Source of the DNA: Endomicrobiales bacterium
GTDB lineage: Bacteria; Elusimicrobiota; Endomicrobiia; Endomicrobiales; CAWCFT01
DNA: 64,000 nucleotides
Direction: 5' to 3'
Assembly: GCA_963794945.1 (NCBI GenBank)
Contig: CAWCFT010000001.1
Location: forward strand, 160,001 to 224,000
Of this stretch, positions 39,871 to 50,700 are shown piece after piece. The notes beneath the pieces were generated by a model. That model saw only the letters and a program-made list of their open reading frames with translations, ran no database searches and had not been told where the DNA came from. The position numbers and the translations under genes were made by a program. The stretch's first letter is position 1, and each line of letters opens with the position of its first letter.

Positions 39871-42783
39871 TCAATATATAACAAATGCCGACCAGTAGAA
39901 CGGGTGTTCCCAGCCGTCGCGCCTCATTTTGTCTTTCGCGGCCTTCAGCGCCAGTTTCGGCTCCATTCCGCCCTTAAGGTTCTTAAGCATCTCGGTGGTC
40001 AGCACAACGGTCGCGTCTTCGTTGACCAACCACAGGCTCATAACTGTGTTTCCGCACCCCGCGAACTGGAACGCCCGCCCGAGGCCCATCACGCCTTCCC
40101 CGCTCACGCTCTCGCCTATGCCTGTCCTACAGGCAAGCAGAAGCGCCAGTTTTGCCGGTATCTTCATGCCCATTATCTCGCTCATGGTGAGAAAACCGTC
40201 ATAGGGAGGCTTGTTGCCCACTTGGCTTAGCACAAGCGCGGGCTCTCTTATCCACGGCACGGTGTTGTCGAGAATCCCGTGCGTCGCGAATATAATGTAG
40301 CTAAACCCCGTGAGGTTCATCTGCGATATTTTTTCTTGGGACGCGTCCAGCCCGCTCAGGGCTGTAGTATTATCTCCGCCAAAAAGCGCGCACGCTGTAT
40401 CGTTGAGCGCCGCAGGTTTTTTCCAGCCTCGGGAACATTTCCTCCGGGCTGACAACTTTCATGCCGCCCTTATCCTTTGTGCCGGAAACCCCCATTGCAC
40501 CCCATTCCATAAGAGCTCCCATCTTTTTGAGGCCCATATCACTTTCAGCGTCTTTTACCTGCTGCGACAGGCCGCCTTGCCAGCCCTGGGATCGGAACTG
40601 GAAAACACCGGGTCGCACACGAGCAGAACGGAATCTTTGCCTCCGCTAGATGAACGCCTCGCCTGCCGCATAGCAAGCGTCGTCGCGGACTGCGCGTAGC
40701 TTATAATGTATTTATCCGCGAGGTATTTCACGCCCAGCGGGAACGGGCCGCGCGGCCCTTCACCCATTTTTTTGCCCGAACCCGTTTCAACGGTAAGCGA
40801 TTCTATGGGTATGGTCCCCAGGAACTCATCCGGCACTATTATAAGTTCTGCTCCGTCAGGAACATTCTTCAGGGCGCCTGAGAGCAAAATATCATAAAGC
40901 CTGTTGGAGAGCTTCACGTTGAAATCGGCGAGGTTGTTATAATTCTTCATGTTCTCGAACGAGTCGCGATACTCCCCCACAAGTTTCCTCAGCTCGTCCC
41001 TGGTTATATTTATCTCCCTCATCTTAAGCGACTTCTTGTACAGCGTGAACACGTACGTCTTGTCCCCGCATACTTCGAACTCAACCAGCGCCTCGTTCGG
41101 CTGAAGCTTTATCTCCTGCGGCTTTACCGGCTGGGGATAGACAAGCGAGGCGTATTCCGGGAATCTCCCCCTCAAGTCGCTTACAAAATCCGCCCTCGAC
41201 GACAGCGTGCTCTTTAGCTGTTCCTCAAGCGCCTTGCATATCTCGATTTCGTTAGAGGCCACCGCGGACTTCATAACTTTTCTTATGGCGTGCAGTTCTA
41301 TCGCGATTTTTATCTCGTGTGTACGGTACTCGCCGGGGATAGAAGCGTTTATGTTGTCCGCCTTGGACGCCAGGGCCTCGGAAAGTATCCTCGCCTTCTG
41401 GCTCTCGGAGAACGTGAAAGCCTCATCCTTATCGCCGGTATCGTAAAGCAGCTCAATAATGCCTTCATACGGCTCGGTGCGGTAGAAACCGTTAACACTG
41501 TCGGCGAAGAATCTGAGCCTCTCCTGCTCGCTCAGTGTTTCCCTCTGTTCCTCGTTGTACATTATGGCCTTTTCGAAGCTCTCCCTCGCATCGGCGTAAT
41601 CTTTCACGCTCCTGCCGTAATAGGCCCAACCCTTGCCGCAGTAAACTGCGAAGAGGAACATGGGGTCCCTCGAGCCCGCGTTAACCTTCAGGGCCGAATC
41701 GAAATAATTGAGCGCGGTGGAAAAGTTCTTCCGTGCGAGCTCAAGCCGCCCCAACCGCACGGGGTCGCCAAGCTTCTCGTATATCTTCTGGGCGTCGCCG
41801 TATTTCGCGAGGTCAAAATAAGCGTCGCCTATCTTCGCTTCTATCTGGTCCGGCGGCGCGCCCATCTCCGAAAGCATTTTGTAGGCTTTCTGGTATTCGG
41901 CCAGCGCGCTCTCGTATTTTTTCTGCCGCTCGAACACAGAGCCTATGTTCATCACCGCGTCGGCTATGCCCTTTTTCTCTTTGAGTTCGGTTTTAATTTT
42001 GAGGCAGCTGTCTAAGTAGCGCAGCGCCCCGCCATAGTCGCCGAGGTTGGAGTAAGCCGAGCCGAGGTTAAGGTAAACGTCGCTGGTGCCCGCCTTGTCG
42101 CAAAGCTCATCGTATTTTTTTAAGGCATCCTCGTAGTTCTTAAGGGCCATGTGGTAGTCGCCCATCCTGCTGTAGGCAATGCCCAGGTTTACAAGCATGT
42201 TCGCCGCGGCGGCCTTGTCTTTTATTTCACCGGCCGTCTTTATCGACTCCTTGAAATACGCGACAGCCTTCATGTGGTCGCCGAGCTTGTCGTAAATTAT
42301 GCCGAGGTTGCCGACGTTGTTGATTATGCCTTTTTGGTCGCTTGTCTTGCGGAATATAGCGAGGGCCGAGCGGTAGGAGTCGGCGGCCCTTTCCAGGTTT
42401 CCCGTAAGGTCGTATATCCCGCCGAGGTCAGTGTAGATCATGGCTTCGTTCTTTTCATCTTTCTGGTCTTTGGCGAGCTTCAACGCGCTTTGGTAGAGGA
42501 ACAGCACCTTCTGGTAGTTGCCAAGCTCCTTATAGATAACCCCGAGGTTGGCCTCGAACACGTAGAAATATTTAATGTCCTTCTTTTGTGTAGAGAGCTC
42601 CAGCCCGCGCTCGAACTTCTCCGCCGCGCCGGTAAAATCGGATTTGTTGTAAAGCGCCATGCCCTGGTCGTAGCACTGCTGTATCTGGGGATCGGTGCCG
42701 GCAGGTGAAACACCCGCAAAGGCAAGAAGGGCTAACAAGGTAAGGAATAGGACATTGAAGGTTATTCCGTGTTTAATTGCCAT
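39871..42783 (-). CDS. Signal-peptide-bearing TPR repeat + CHAT (caspase-like) protease (frameshifts near 40570 and 40400)
   Basis: Multiple TPRs, IIVPDEFLGTIPIE, FATHG and LACRTG catalytic motifs, SLWLVNE, HPFYWSAF. Confidence 0.88.
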
Positions 42784-42853
42784 CGGGCGTGCCTTTGGAG
42801 CCGGCGGCCTGGAAAGCCCTGCCGCTATACTTTAAACTATACTCTGCGTAGAT

Positions 42854-44389
42854 TCAATCGTTTTTCCGCGGGACGTACACCTCTATGGGCATTATCCTGC
42901 CCATCCAGCAGTTCGCGGGCAGTGTTGCCGTCAGCGTGTAGTTTTTCTTTATCCCCGCCATCATGTCGTCCGGAAAAGGGTCAAGGCCTGTTGTTATCAT
43001 GCCGAAATATTTGTTGTCAAGCTTTTGTAAAAAAGCGGTTTTGTCTATACGGTAGTTGACCGGCCAGGCGGCAAGGCCGAAAGTGGCGTACTCGTATTCA
43101 GAAATACCGCCGTTGACAACGAACACGCCTATTGTGCGCCCCCCGAAGAAATGTTTGTTTGCCGACCCGGCGTACATTTTACCCAACGTGGAATAATAGT
43201 TTTCCATAACGTAGCGCGCGGGCTCAAGCCTGTTGTTGAGTTTTTTTAATACCGGCGCTATAGCCTCTGCGGCCGATGTGCCGTACAACATCATACAGCT
43301 AAGGAGTACCACGGCGCTTGCTTTGGTTATCATCCCGTGTTCAGTCTTGCCTGTTTCCTGCTCGATAAGCCCCATTATGAACTGCCCGCAAGAAACTATC
43401 ATCGCTATCCATAGCGTGAACACGTAGTTGAGCCCGCCGAAGTTGTTTCCCAGCATATAACCTAGCAGTGGAACGCTTACTATTACGAACACATTCCACG
43501 AGGATATTTTTCTTTTTATGAAGATGTTGTAGGCCAGCGCGAGCGCGGTTATTATGGTTATTACCCACTCAGCCTTTAGAAAACTTGTCAGCCGTGCCTT
43601 CCCGAAACCGAAATTTGTTGGTATTACATCCCTTAAATAGAAAACAGTGGAATTTAAAAAACTGAAGTTGTTAGTAATTTCCAGGTATAAACACATGACT
43701 CCCGACAAAACACCAAAGACGAGGGCATACCTGAGCAAATATTTAAAGTCCCGTTCAGTGATAATCAGCGCGGCAAACACACTGACAGCCGCTATAACCG
43801 CCTGCTGTTTGGTAAACAGGGCAAGGAACGTCATAACGGCGCTTAGATCAAGATAAACTGTTTTCCGTTCGTCAATGAACATCTGCATGAAATATATGCT
43901 AAGCGCTGTAAACAACGCGAACAACGCGTTCACGCTGAAATGCATCTCTTCTACCAGTATGCCGTCCTTCATTAAAACCAGCGACAACGTCAGCGCCAAA
44001 GCGGCGAACACGCCCGTCTTGCTTTTCCCCGCCCGAAATGACAAGAACACCACAACAAATACCCCAATTAACGAAATCAGCGACACCCGCCGCCCCAGCG
44101 CCATATTAAAGCCGAGGATATTTGACAATAACGCCGCCGCGTAATAAAATACCGGCGTATAAATGTTAATGATGCTCCCTTTGTTCCAGTCCGAATAAAG
44201 GGGCAGATGATGGATAACGCGGGCAACAAGGCTAAGCTCGTCACCATCGGTAGGTTCCCAGTCAAACGGAAAATTGCAAACGTGGACGGCGTACGTTATA
44301 AAATAGTAAAAAACAAGCAAACACAAGCCTATCAGCATGGCCGTGACTGCGTTTATCAACACGTCGTACATCGTGATTTTATTGTTCAT
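42854..44389 (-). CDS. Polytopic membrane protein, probable GT-C (ArnT/PMT-like) glycosyltransferase
   Basis: About 10-12 TM segments, acidic first loop WEPTDGDE, YTP, TKQQ motif. Confidence 0.6.
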   Translation of the reverse strand: MNNKITMYDVLINAVTAMLIGLCLLVFYYFITYAVHVCNFPFDWEPTDGDELSLVARVIHHLPLYSDWNKGSIINIYTPVFYYAAALLSNILGFNMALGRRVSLISLIGVFVVVFLSFRAGKSKTGVFAALALTLSLVLMKDGILVEEMHFSVNALFALFTALSIYFMQMFIDERKTVYLDLSAVMTFLALFTKQQAVIAAVSVFAALIITERDFKYLLRYALVFGVLSGVMCLYLEITNNFSFLNSTVFYLRDVIPTNFGFGKARLTSFLKAEWVITIITALALAYNIFIKRKISSWNVFVIVSVPLLGYMLGNNFGGLNYVFTLWIAMIVSCGQFIMGLIEQETGKTEHGMITKASAVVLLSCMMLYGTSAAEAIAPVLKKLNNRLEPARYVMENYYSTLGKMYAGSANKHFFGGRTIGVFVVNGGISEYEYATFGLAAWPVNYRIDKTAFLQKLDNKYFGMITTGLDPFPDDMMAGIKKNYTLTATLPANCWMGRIMPIEVYVPRKND

Positions 44390-44454
44390 TAAATGTTTCA
44401 ACTCCACCTGAATGGCGAAACCCCCGGTGGAATGTTGAACAAACGCAGATTATT

Positions 44455-44730
44455 TTATTTCTTGTTTTTGTTTGCGTCGATTGCGGCCATTTTGAGCTCC
44501 TGGTTGACCTGGTCAAGCAGCTCTTTTGCTCTTTGAGCATGCCCACCCATGTCAAACTCGTTGGCGACCTGCGCCGCGGAAATTCTATTGTAAGCCTGGT
44601 CAACGAGCCTCTGGGCCGCGGCAAGATTCGGATGCTTTTTCCCGCTGATATTTCTTACCGGCTCCGCAAAAGACACGCCAACTGCCATTAAAAATATACC
44701 GACAATTGTTAAGACGATGGTTTTTTTCAT
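44455..44730 (-). CDS. Small secreted helical hypothetical protein
   Basis: Signal peptide, HPNLAAAQ...GGHAQRAKELL; CAGGAGG RBS. Confidence 0.7.
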   Translation of the reverse strand: MKKTIVLTIVGIFLMAVGVSFAEPVRNISGKKHPNLAAAQRLVDQAYNRISAAQVANEFDMGGHAQRAKELLDQVNQELKMAAIDANKNKK

Positions 44731-44893
44731 TTTTTTGCCTCCTGAGATTTTATGTAACTTTTACGGCTAAAAATATTTGCTATCCTTGTTTCCTGCCTTC
44801 TAGTGCTCACCTCCTTTAAGCCCACATTTCGCAACGTATTTTACTAAATATAGAATATGTCAAAATAGATTAGAACCGTCACCATTTATAGAA

Positions 44894-45547
44894 TTATTTT
44901 TCTAACAATATCGTGCGATTAGTGTTAGTGTTATTGTTATTGATGAACTCTCCATATTTCCTAATGACAATATCCGTGATTTTGCCATTTATGTATATAA
45001 AAAATGGTACCGCGATAAGAAAAACGAGTATTTCAATTGTTTTAAAAATGATCTCACCGCCATCGATTTTTGCGAAGAAAGGAACAAGGATAGCAAGAAT
45101 TATTCCAATTACCATAGCCGGCGCTATTGTAATCAAAGCTGTTCGCCACAATATTGTCCAGCCAATAAATCTTTTTATTGCAAGCCTGTATATCTTGCGC
45201 CCCGCGTATTTGGCCACATGATCAGTTACAATAACAAGTAAAATGACACTTAACAACCTTAATAAATTTAATAGAAGAAATGTAATTGTATTTAGATGTA
45301 TTGGCACAAATATTAATGCAAACATTGCCATTAATGGAACTGAAGCAACAGTTTGTCTCCAAAGCACAAACCAACTAAGAGCAAAAATGTGTTTGTCCGC
45401 AAACTCTTTGAATGTGCGCGGCAAAATATTATCTGTCGATTTGTTGTCGGGTTCAAGAAAAATGGTATTATAACCTACTTTTTGTCCGCACAAATCACAG
45501 TAAATACTATCGTCTTTGATGTTTTGTTTGCATTTAGGGCAAATCAT
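44894..45547 (-). CDS. Zinc-ribbon membrane protein, hypothetical
   Basis: CPKC...CDLCG then about 4 TM segments; AT-rich. Confidence 0.65.
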   Translation of the reverse strand: MICPKCKQNIKDDSIYCDLCGQKVGYNTIFLEPDNKSTDNILPRTFKEFADKHIFALSWFVLWRQTVASVPLMAMFALIFVPIHLNTITFLLLNLLRLLSVILLVIVTDHVAKYAGRKIYRLAIKRFIGWTILWRTALITIAPAMVIGIILAILVPFFAKIDGGEIIFKTIEILVFLIAVPFFIYINGKITDIVIRKYGEFINNNNTNTNRTILLEK

Positions 45548-45621
45548 TTCAAGCTCCTTGCGTCAATTTGTATCTTTGTCTTACCCACTTTTCTTACAAA
45601 CTCTCAACTTTGCATGAGAAT

Positions 45622-45870
45622 TTACAGCACCATTTTTACTGCCGGGTGCTTGCCAAGCGCTGCAGACAAATTAACCCGTTCATCATCGCAGGTTACTTTT
45701 GCTTTGACATTCAACGAAATGTATTTCCCGGCTTTGCTCTTTTTTGAGAATTCAACACTGTGTTCTTTGCCGCTGCAGCACTCCGCCACGGCGCTGCGCA
45801 GCAGGGCCTCGTCCGCGCCGATAACGGTGTAATCCCATTCGCAGGGGTACGTTATTTTGGGTTTATCCAT
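45622..45870 (-). CDS. DUF493 (YbeD-like) protein
   Basis: YPCEWDYTVIG, SKAGKYISL, VKMVL. Confidence 0.85.
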   Translation of the reverse strand: MDKPKITYPCEWDYTVIGADEALLRSAVAECCSGKEHSVEFSKKSKAGKYISLNVKAKVTCDDERVNLSAALGKHPAVKMVL

Positions 45871-46082
45871 AATTTATCTCCTATAGCAATAAGCTAGCCG
45901 GATTATATTTACTTACCCGCCTCTTCGGTGGGTCAATTTTGCCTGCAAAATTGAAAAAGCCACACCACGCCCGGGGCGCTATGCGGCTCACTGTTTAAAA
46001 TATATTTTCCTTTTAATGTTTTGGCTAGCCACACGATATTTCCCTCGATACGTGCAGGACTTTGACGGTTAACAGACACTTC

Positions 46083-47075
46083 TCATTTATGCCAGAACCA
46101 GGTTTCGTAGACGAAATCGCCCTCGGCCTGGAGCTTCTTTTTTACTTCCTTGATATCCGATGCGCGCTTGATCGTTATCTTTGAGGGATCTCTTTTGTCT
46201 TTTAGCTTAGCGACGCCCATTTTCTTTATTAGCATTATGTCATCTAGCCCGGATTTAGTGAAGTTAACCGCGGACGGGCCCTCGAGCTCCTTGATGGGCT
46301 CGCGGCAGGCGAAAACGTATACGTATTCTTTTCCGGTGATCTCGTCCATCTCGTAGAGTTTCTTTTCGTTGGGCAGCCAGGCGCCAACAGCGGGCACAAC
46401 GGGGTTGTTAGCTGTTTCGTATTCCGCGTTAGGGAAAAGCCGGAACGACTTGCCAAGCGAGTCTATCTGGTACACATATATGTAGCAGGGGTCGCTGGGG
46501 TTTATGTACAGCGAGTAGCCGTCGCCCGAAGTAAGGACGCTGTTCTCGTCCATCAACTGCATCTTTCCTTTTGCGTCTTCGTAATAGAACAGTATGTCCG
46601 CGGAAAGCTTTATGTTGTTCTCTTTGGAAATCCTGTCGAACTCCTCTTTAGGGATCTTTAGCAGTACGAACGCCTTAACTGAACCGCCCGACCTGTCAAA
46701 ATACCAGTCCTGAGGGATGGAACCCGTGACAAAAGCGTTGGCCCTTATAAGGCTGCCCGCGCGCAGGTCGGAAGACTGGCTGGTTTTGCCGTTGACCTTG
46801 GAGTAAAGCTCTATGCTCCTGTCGAAAGACTGCACGTCCACGCGGCAGTATTTTACAAAGGCCTCGGTGGCGTCAGAGAGGGCTAATTTTTTCGCCTCGT
46901 CTTTGGTCTTGCAGGGGTTGGAGCGGCCGACTGAATAAATGAAATCCCCGTCTTTGTATATGTTTTTGTCCAGCCAGGATGGAGAAGAAGATTCGCTTGC
47001 TGCAGACGAGTAAAGCGGTTGAAAGGAAGTTGCAAGCAACAGGAAAGGAACAAACAGCAGGAGACATTTTTTCAC
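46083..47075 (-). CDS. Exported protein with LPP20-like N-terminus and DUF4384-like C-terminus
   Basis: PSW...YSVGRS...AKKLA; GDGYSL...CYIYVYQIDS.G...LFPN...GKEYVYVFA. Confidence 0.6.
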   Translation of the reverse strand: MKKCLLLFVPFLLLATSFQPLYSSAASESSSPSWLDKNIYKDGDFIYSVGRSNPCKTKDEAKKLALSDATEAFVKYCRVDVQSFDRSIELYSKVNGKTSQSSDLRAGSLIRANAFVTGSIPQDWYFDRSGGSVKAFVLLKIPKEEFDRISKENNIKLSADILFYYEDAKGKMQLMDENSVLTSGDGYSLYINPSDPCYIYVYQIDSLGKSFRLFPNAEYETANNPVVPAVGAWLPNEKKLYEMDEITGKEYVYVFACREPIKELEGPSAVNFTKSGLDDIMLIKKMGVAKLKDKRDPSKITIKRASDIKEVKKKLQAEGDFVYETWFWHK

Positions 47076-47197
47076 CGGCCCGCCTCCAGTTGAGATCGTT
47101 TATCCCGCAAGGCGGGATTGATTTCACAGATTTTTACAGAGATTTCACAAATTAAAGCTGGTCGATGTATCTGTGTAATCAGGGCCTACTGCAGGTC

Positions 47198-47508
47198 CTA
47201 TTTAACGTATTTTTCCGGGTTAGCCTTGAACTGCGCCGCGCACGACGGGCAGCACATATAATATACCTTGCCATTGTATTTGAAGGCCTTGGTGTCTTTT
47301 CCCACGACTACTTTTTCTCCCATGACGGGGCACTGTGTCACCGTGCCGTAATTGCCAGTGTCGGGCAGGAAATCTTCGACTACACCGGCCGGCTGCGCTG
47401 GACAACCGGGGCCGGAGGCTGAACTGTCGCCTGAGGCGCGGTTTTCTTCCCGCAGGCCGCAATAGAAAACACGGCTATCATTGAGGCTAACACAAAATAT
47501 TTATTCAT
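47198..47508 (-). CDS. YHS-domain lipoprotein (one frameshift near 47395; absent from the ORF track)
   Basis: Hand translation MNKYF...IAACGKK...QCPVMGE...YNGKVYYMCCPSCAAQFKANPEKYVK; GGAGG RBS. Confidence 0.8.
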
Positions 47509-47596
47509 TTTATTCCTCCGTAGGTGCCGTCAGGAACGTATTCCCCGTTTTGACGTCATGTGAAGTGAAAAGCTCTGTTAGTGCAGTTTTTAAAAA

Positions 47597-47670
47597 CGCG
47601 CCCAAGAGGAGTTGAACCTCTAACCTTTTGATTCGTAGTCAAACGCTCTATCCAGTTGAGCTATGGGCGC
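47597..47670 (-). tRNA. tRNA-Arg(ACG), CCA not encoded
   Basis: GCGCCCATAGCTCAACTGGATAGAGCGTTTGACTACGAATCAAAAGGTTAGAGGTTCAACTCCTCTTGGGCGCG; upstream TTGATT-17-TATAAT. Confidence 0.97.
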
Positions 47671-47768
47671 AATATTATCTGGCTCATTATAGCTAATATT
47701 ATATTACAAATCAATTATAGGATTGCGCGACTACAGGTGGTTTAATACATAGAGGGGTAAAGGTGCGT

Positions 47769-50700
47769 TTAACCGGCAGTAATGATGCCCATTATAGCGT
47801 CAAGCCTGATGTTGTTCCTATTCGCGACGTTGTACCGTTTCACGGGCGTGTCGCTGTCAACGATGTCCATGCATTCTATAAGCCCCGAAATAGAATACAC
47901 GCTGGGGCCGGACATCTCGCCGGCGTTGTAAGGAGCGTTGCCGCTATAAACCTCCGGCACTGTGCCTTCTTTCGCGACGAACAACAGGTTGTTCAAACGG
48001 CGCTTCAATTCTTCTTTCGCGGAAGAGTATGCACTGCCGCTTTTATTCCTGACAAGGCTGAGTTTGGCGTAAAAATATGATGAAAGGAAATACGGCCAGG
48101 CGGCGCCCTGGTAATCCGTGTATCTTTTTTCTTTCGCCGCAGTGGCCATTTCACCGGCTCCATAATAGTTCTCGTTATCCGGAGACAACGACCTCAGCCC
48201 GTACGGCGTGTATAACTGCTTTTCCACCGTATTGACTATCATATCTTTTCTCTCATCGCTTAGAAGGCCGTCGTTTTCACTGAGCGATATAAGCAGCAGT
48301 GCGTGCGGGCGCACGTCGTGTTTTACCGACGCGTTCCCGTCAAGCACGTCATAGGGGTATATTTCACCGTTACCGAAATACCGTTCGTTGATTGAGCGCC
48401 CTGTCTTGAGGCTTAACTCATCATACAGGTTTGACAAGCTGGGCTCACCGCCAACATTGTTCAGGTCGCGTGCCGCACACAAGGCGTTATAGAACAAAGC
48501 CTGTATCTCAACCGGTTTGCCGCCGCGCGGCACAGTTAGACGACCGCCGTACTGAGTATCCATCTGTGTTGAATAGTCCGGCACAACGACAAGGTGGTCG
48601 TTCTTATCCATGTGAACCGCACCGGCCTCTTTCATGTAGCACTGCATTATCCTGTTAACGACCGGAAGCTTTTCCCTGATATATTCGTTCTTGGCAGCAT
48701 CATGGGCCGTGCAGTAGTACCGGTTGAGGACTTCAATGAACCAGAGCGGCGCGTCAGAAGACGTGTAATCGCCGGATCCATCCTGCCGGATCATGCCGGG
48801 TATCATCCCGTCGGCATTCTGCAGGCCGGCCAGATAAGTGAGTATCTTTTTTACTTCCTCATACCTTCCGGTAGAAAGCAGGGCGCCCGAAAGCCCCATG
48901 AGTTTAGCCCGCATATCGCCGAGGCCGTTTTCCGCGTACTCCACGGTGAGGTGAGCGCTGTCCTTCCCGTCCCGCAGAAGGTAGGTGTCTTCTTCGGCTA
49001 GAAGTTTTTTCAGGATATCCGAATCCTGGCTAATGTGCCCGCCTGTGCTTTTGACGTAATTTTTATAATACGCGTTCTCGACATATCCTTTTATGTAGCC
49101 GCATAGTTCGTTGTTGGCGCGCAGAACATCCTTTGTATCGTGATACGAGTTCGCTCTCCGCTGCATTGATTTTATGTCGTTCCATAGGGCCGGGGCATCC
49201 TTTTCGGTCAAACCTATTCTATTGAGCGCCAGATATATCTCGGAAAATACGCCTTTTTTTGATACCTGGTACTCAAGCGCTTTTGACAGCTGCCAGCCGT
49301 TGTCGACAAGCGCCGACGCCTCGGACTCCTTTAGCGGCATGGCGCAGCCCCTTGAGTACCCGTCGGCAAAAGCCCGCGCTTCATTGTACGATGAAGGCCC
49401 CATTATCGAGGCCTTTAATGACTCCATGAACGAGATAAGATTGAATTTCCCCGGGACGGATACGTTAATTATGTCCTCTGAACGAACTCTAAAACTGACA
49501 TACGAATCGACACCCGAACCGCCCATCTTGTTTAAGGAATCCACCAAAAGGTTTTGGATCTGATTTTGGCTTATGTCGCCGGTCAACCTGACCCACAGCC
49601 TGCCTTTATTGCCGGCCTCATTACTGACTATCTGTGGGGAGATATCGTTTTCCGATGATACATTAAGCGTTGCATAAATATTTTTAGCCCGCCGCACGTG
49701 CGCGCTCGCGGTGTATCCCGTGTAGGGCTCTACGATGATGAGCGCCGAATGGTTTATGCCGCGTATCGTGTCGGCCAGCTCTGACAACAATATATCAGGC
49801 GTAAAGCCTGTTTCCTTGACAGTGCTGTACGCGTCCATGCCGCTAAGCCTGCCTCCGTCGAAACCGAAGCCTTTGAACCAGAATTCCAGGTTATCCTTAA
49901 ACGGCTTGAACTTAAGAGATTCCATCGCGTGCCAGTTATTAAGGACGGTTTCAGTTCTTACCTGCCCGTTCACGAAGGGCGAAACAAGGTTCCCGGCGTT
50001 GTCCTTAAAATGCTCCGGGTGGAATACCACATCGCACGAATCCCTGCCGGCGAGCACTGTGTAATCCATCAGCACTTTCATGCCTTCTATTTTCTTGTGC
50101 ACTGTGCCGACAGCGGCCTTCAACTGCAGGTAAGCAACGTAATTCATGTATTCATACACGGCACGGTAGTTATCGTATTTAATTTTTGCCGCGTCGTCGA
50201 TGTGCGATTCCCAATATTCCAGTGTTGCCCTGCTGCTCAGCTTCTGGTCAGTTATCCTCTGGTACGCGAGATACCGTGAATAATCCCTTATCTCGTTCCA
50301 CCAGGGCGCATGGCGCTCGAACGCCTGGAATTTCTTCTGGCTGCTCTTGTCGCGCGCAAGCATCTGATACAGCTCGATGCCTGCGTAGAACTGGTTTTCG
50401 AACAAACCGTCGGCGTCTTTAGACCCTTCCGGCCTTTCATTAGGCAATATATTTTTTATTCTGCCGGCCTCGGCCGTTCCCATGCCCAGCCGGTCTGCCT
50501 CCTGCGCCCAATCAATGCGCGAGAGGTCAAAACCATAACTGCTGAAAGAACTATACAGCTGGCTGTCAACCTGCTTGGCTGGAAAGCACGGGTCAAGGAT
50601 CATTGTGTTGATGCCGGCTTTCGAGAGGCGTTCCGCTATTTCGGGGATATCGCTAAAGGTATTTATCGTCACGGCAGGGGCCAGCAGCGACGCGTCCTTC

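Noticed and set aside
39871..42783. CRISPR-associated Craspase (TPR-CHAT/Csx29) system
   Set aside because: No cas genes or repeat-spacer array seen in the window, and the protein appears to be exported
45890..45990. Three adjacent hairpins upstream of the DUF493 gene as a riboswitch
   Set aside because: The first is adequately explained as the terminator of the upstream gene; the others are short palindromes with no aptamer consensus
47100..47182. ATCCCGC-AAG-GCGGGAT hairpin and GATTTCACA short repeats as CRISPR or MITE
   Set aside because: Too short and irregular, no spacers or terminal repeats; at most a REP-like element
39000..47670. Genomic island integrated at tRNA-Arg
   Set aside because: No integrase and no duplicated tRNA 3' end found by eye
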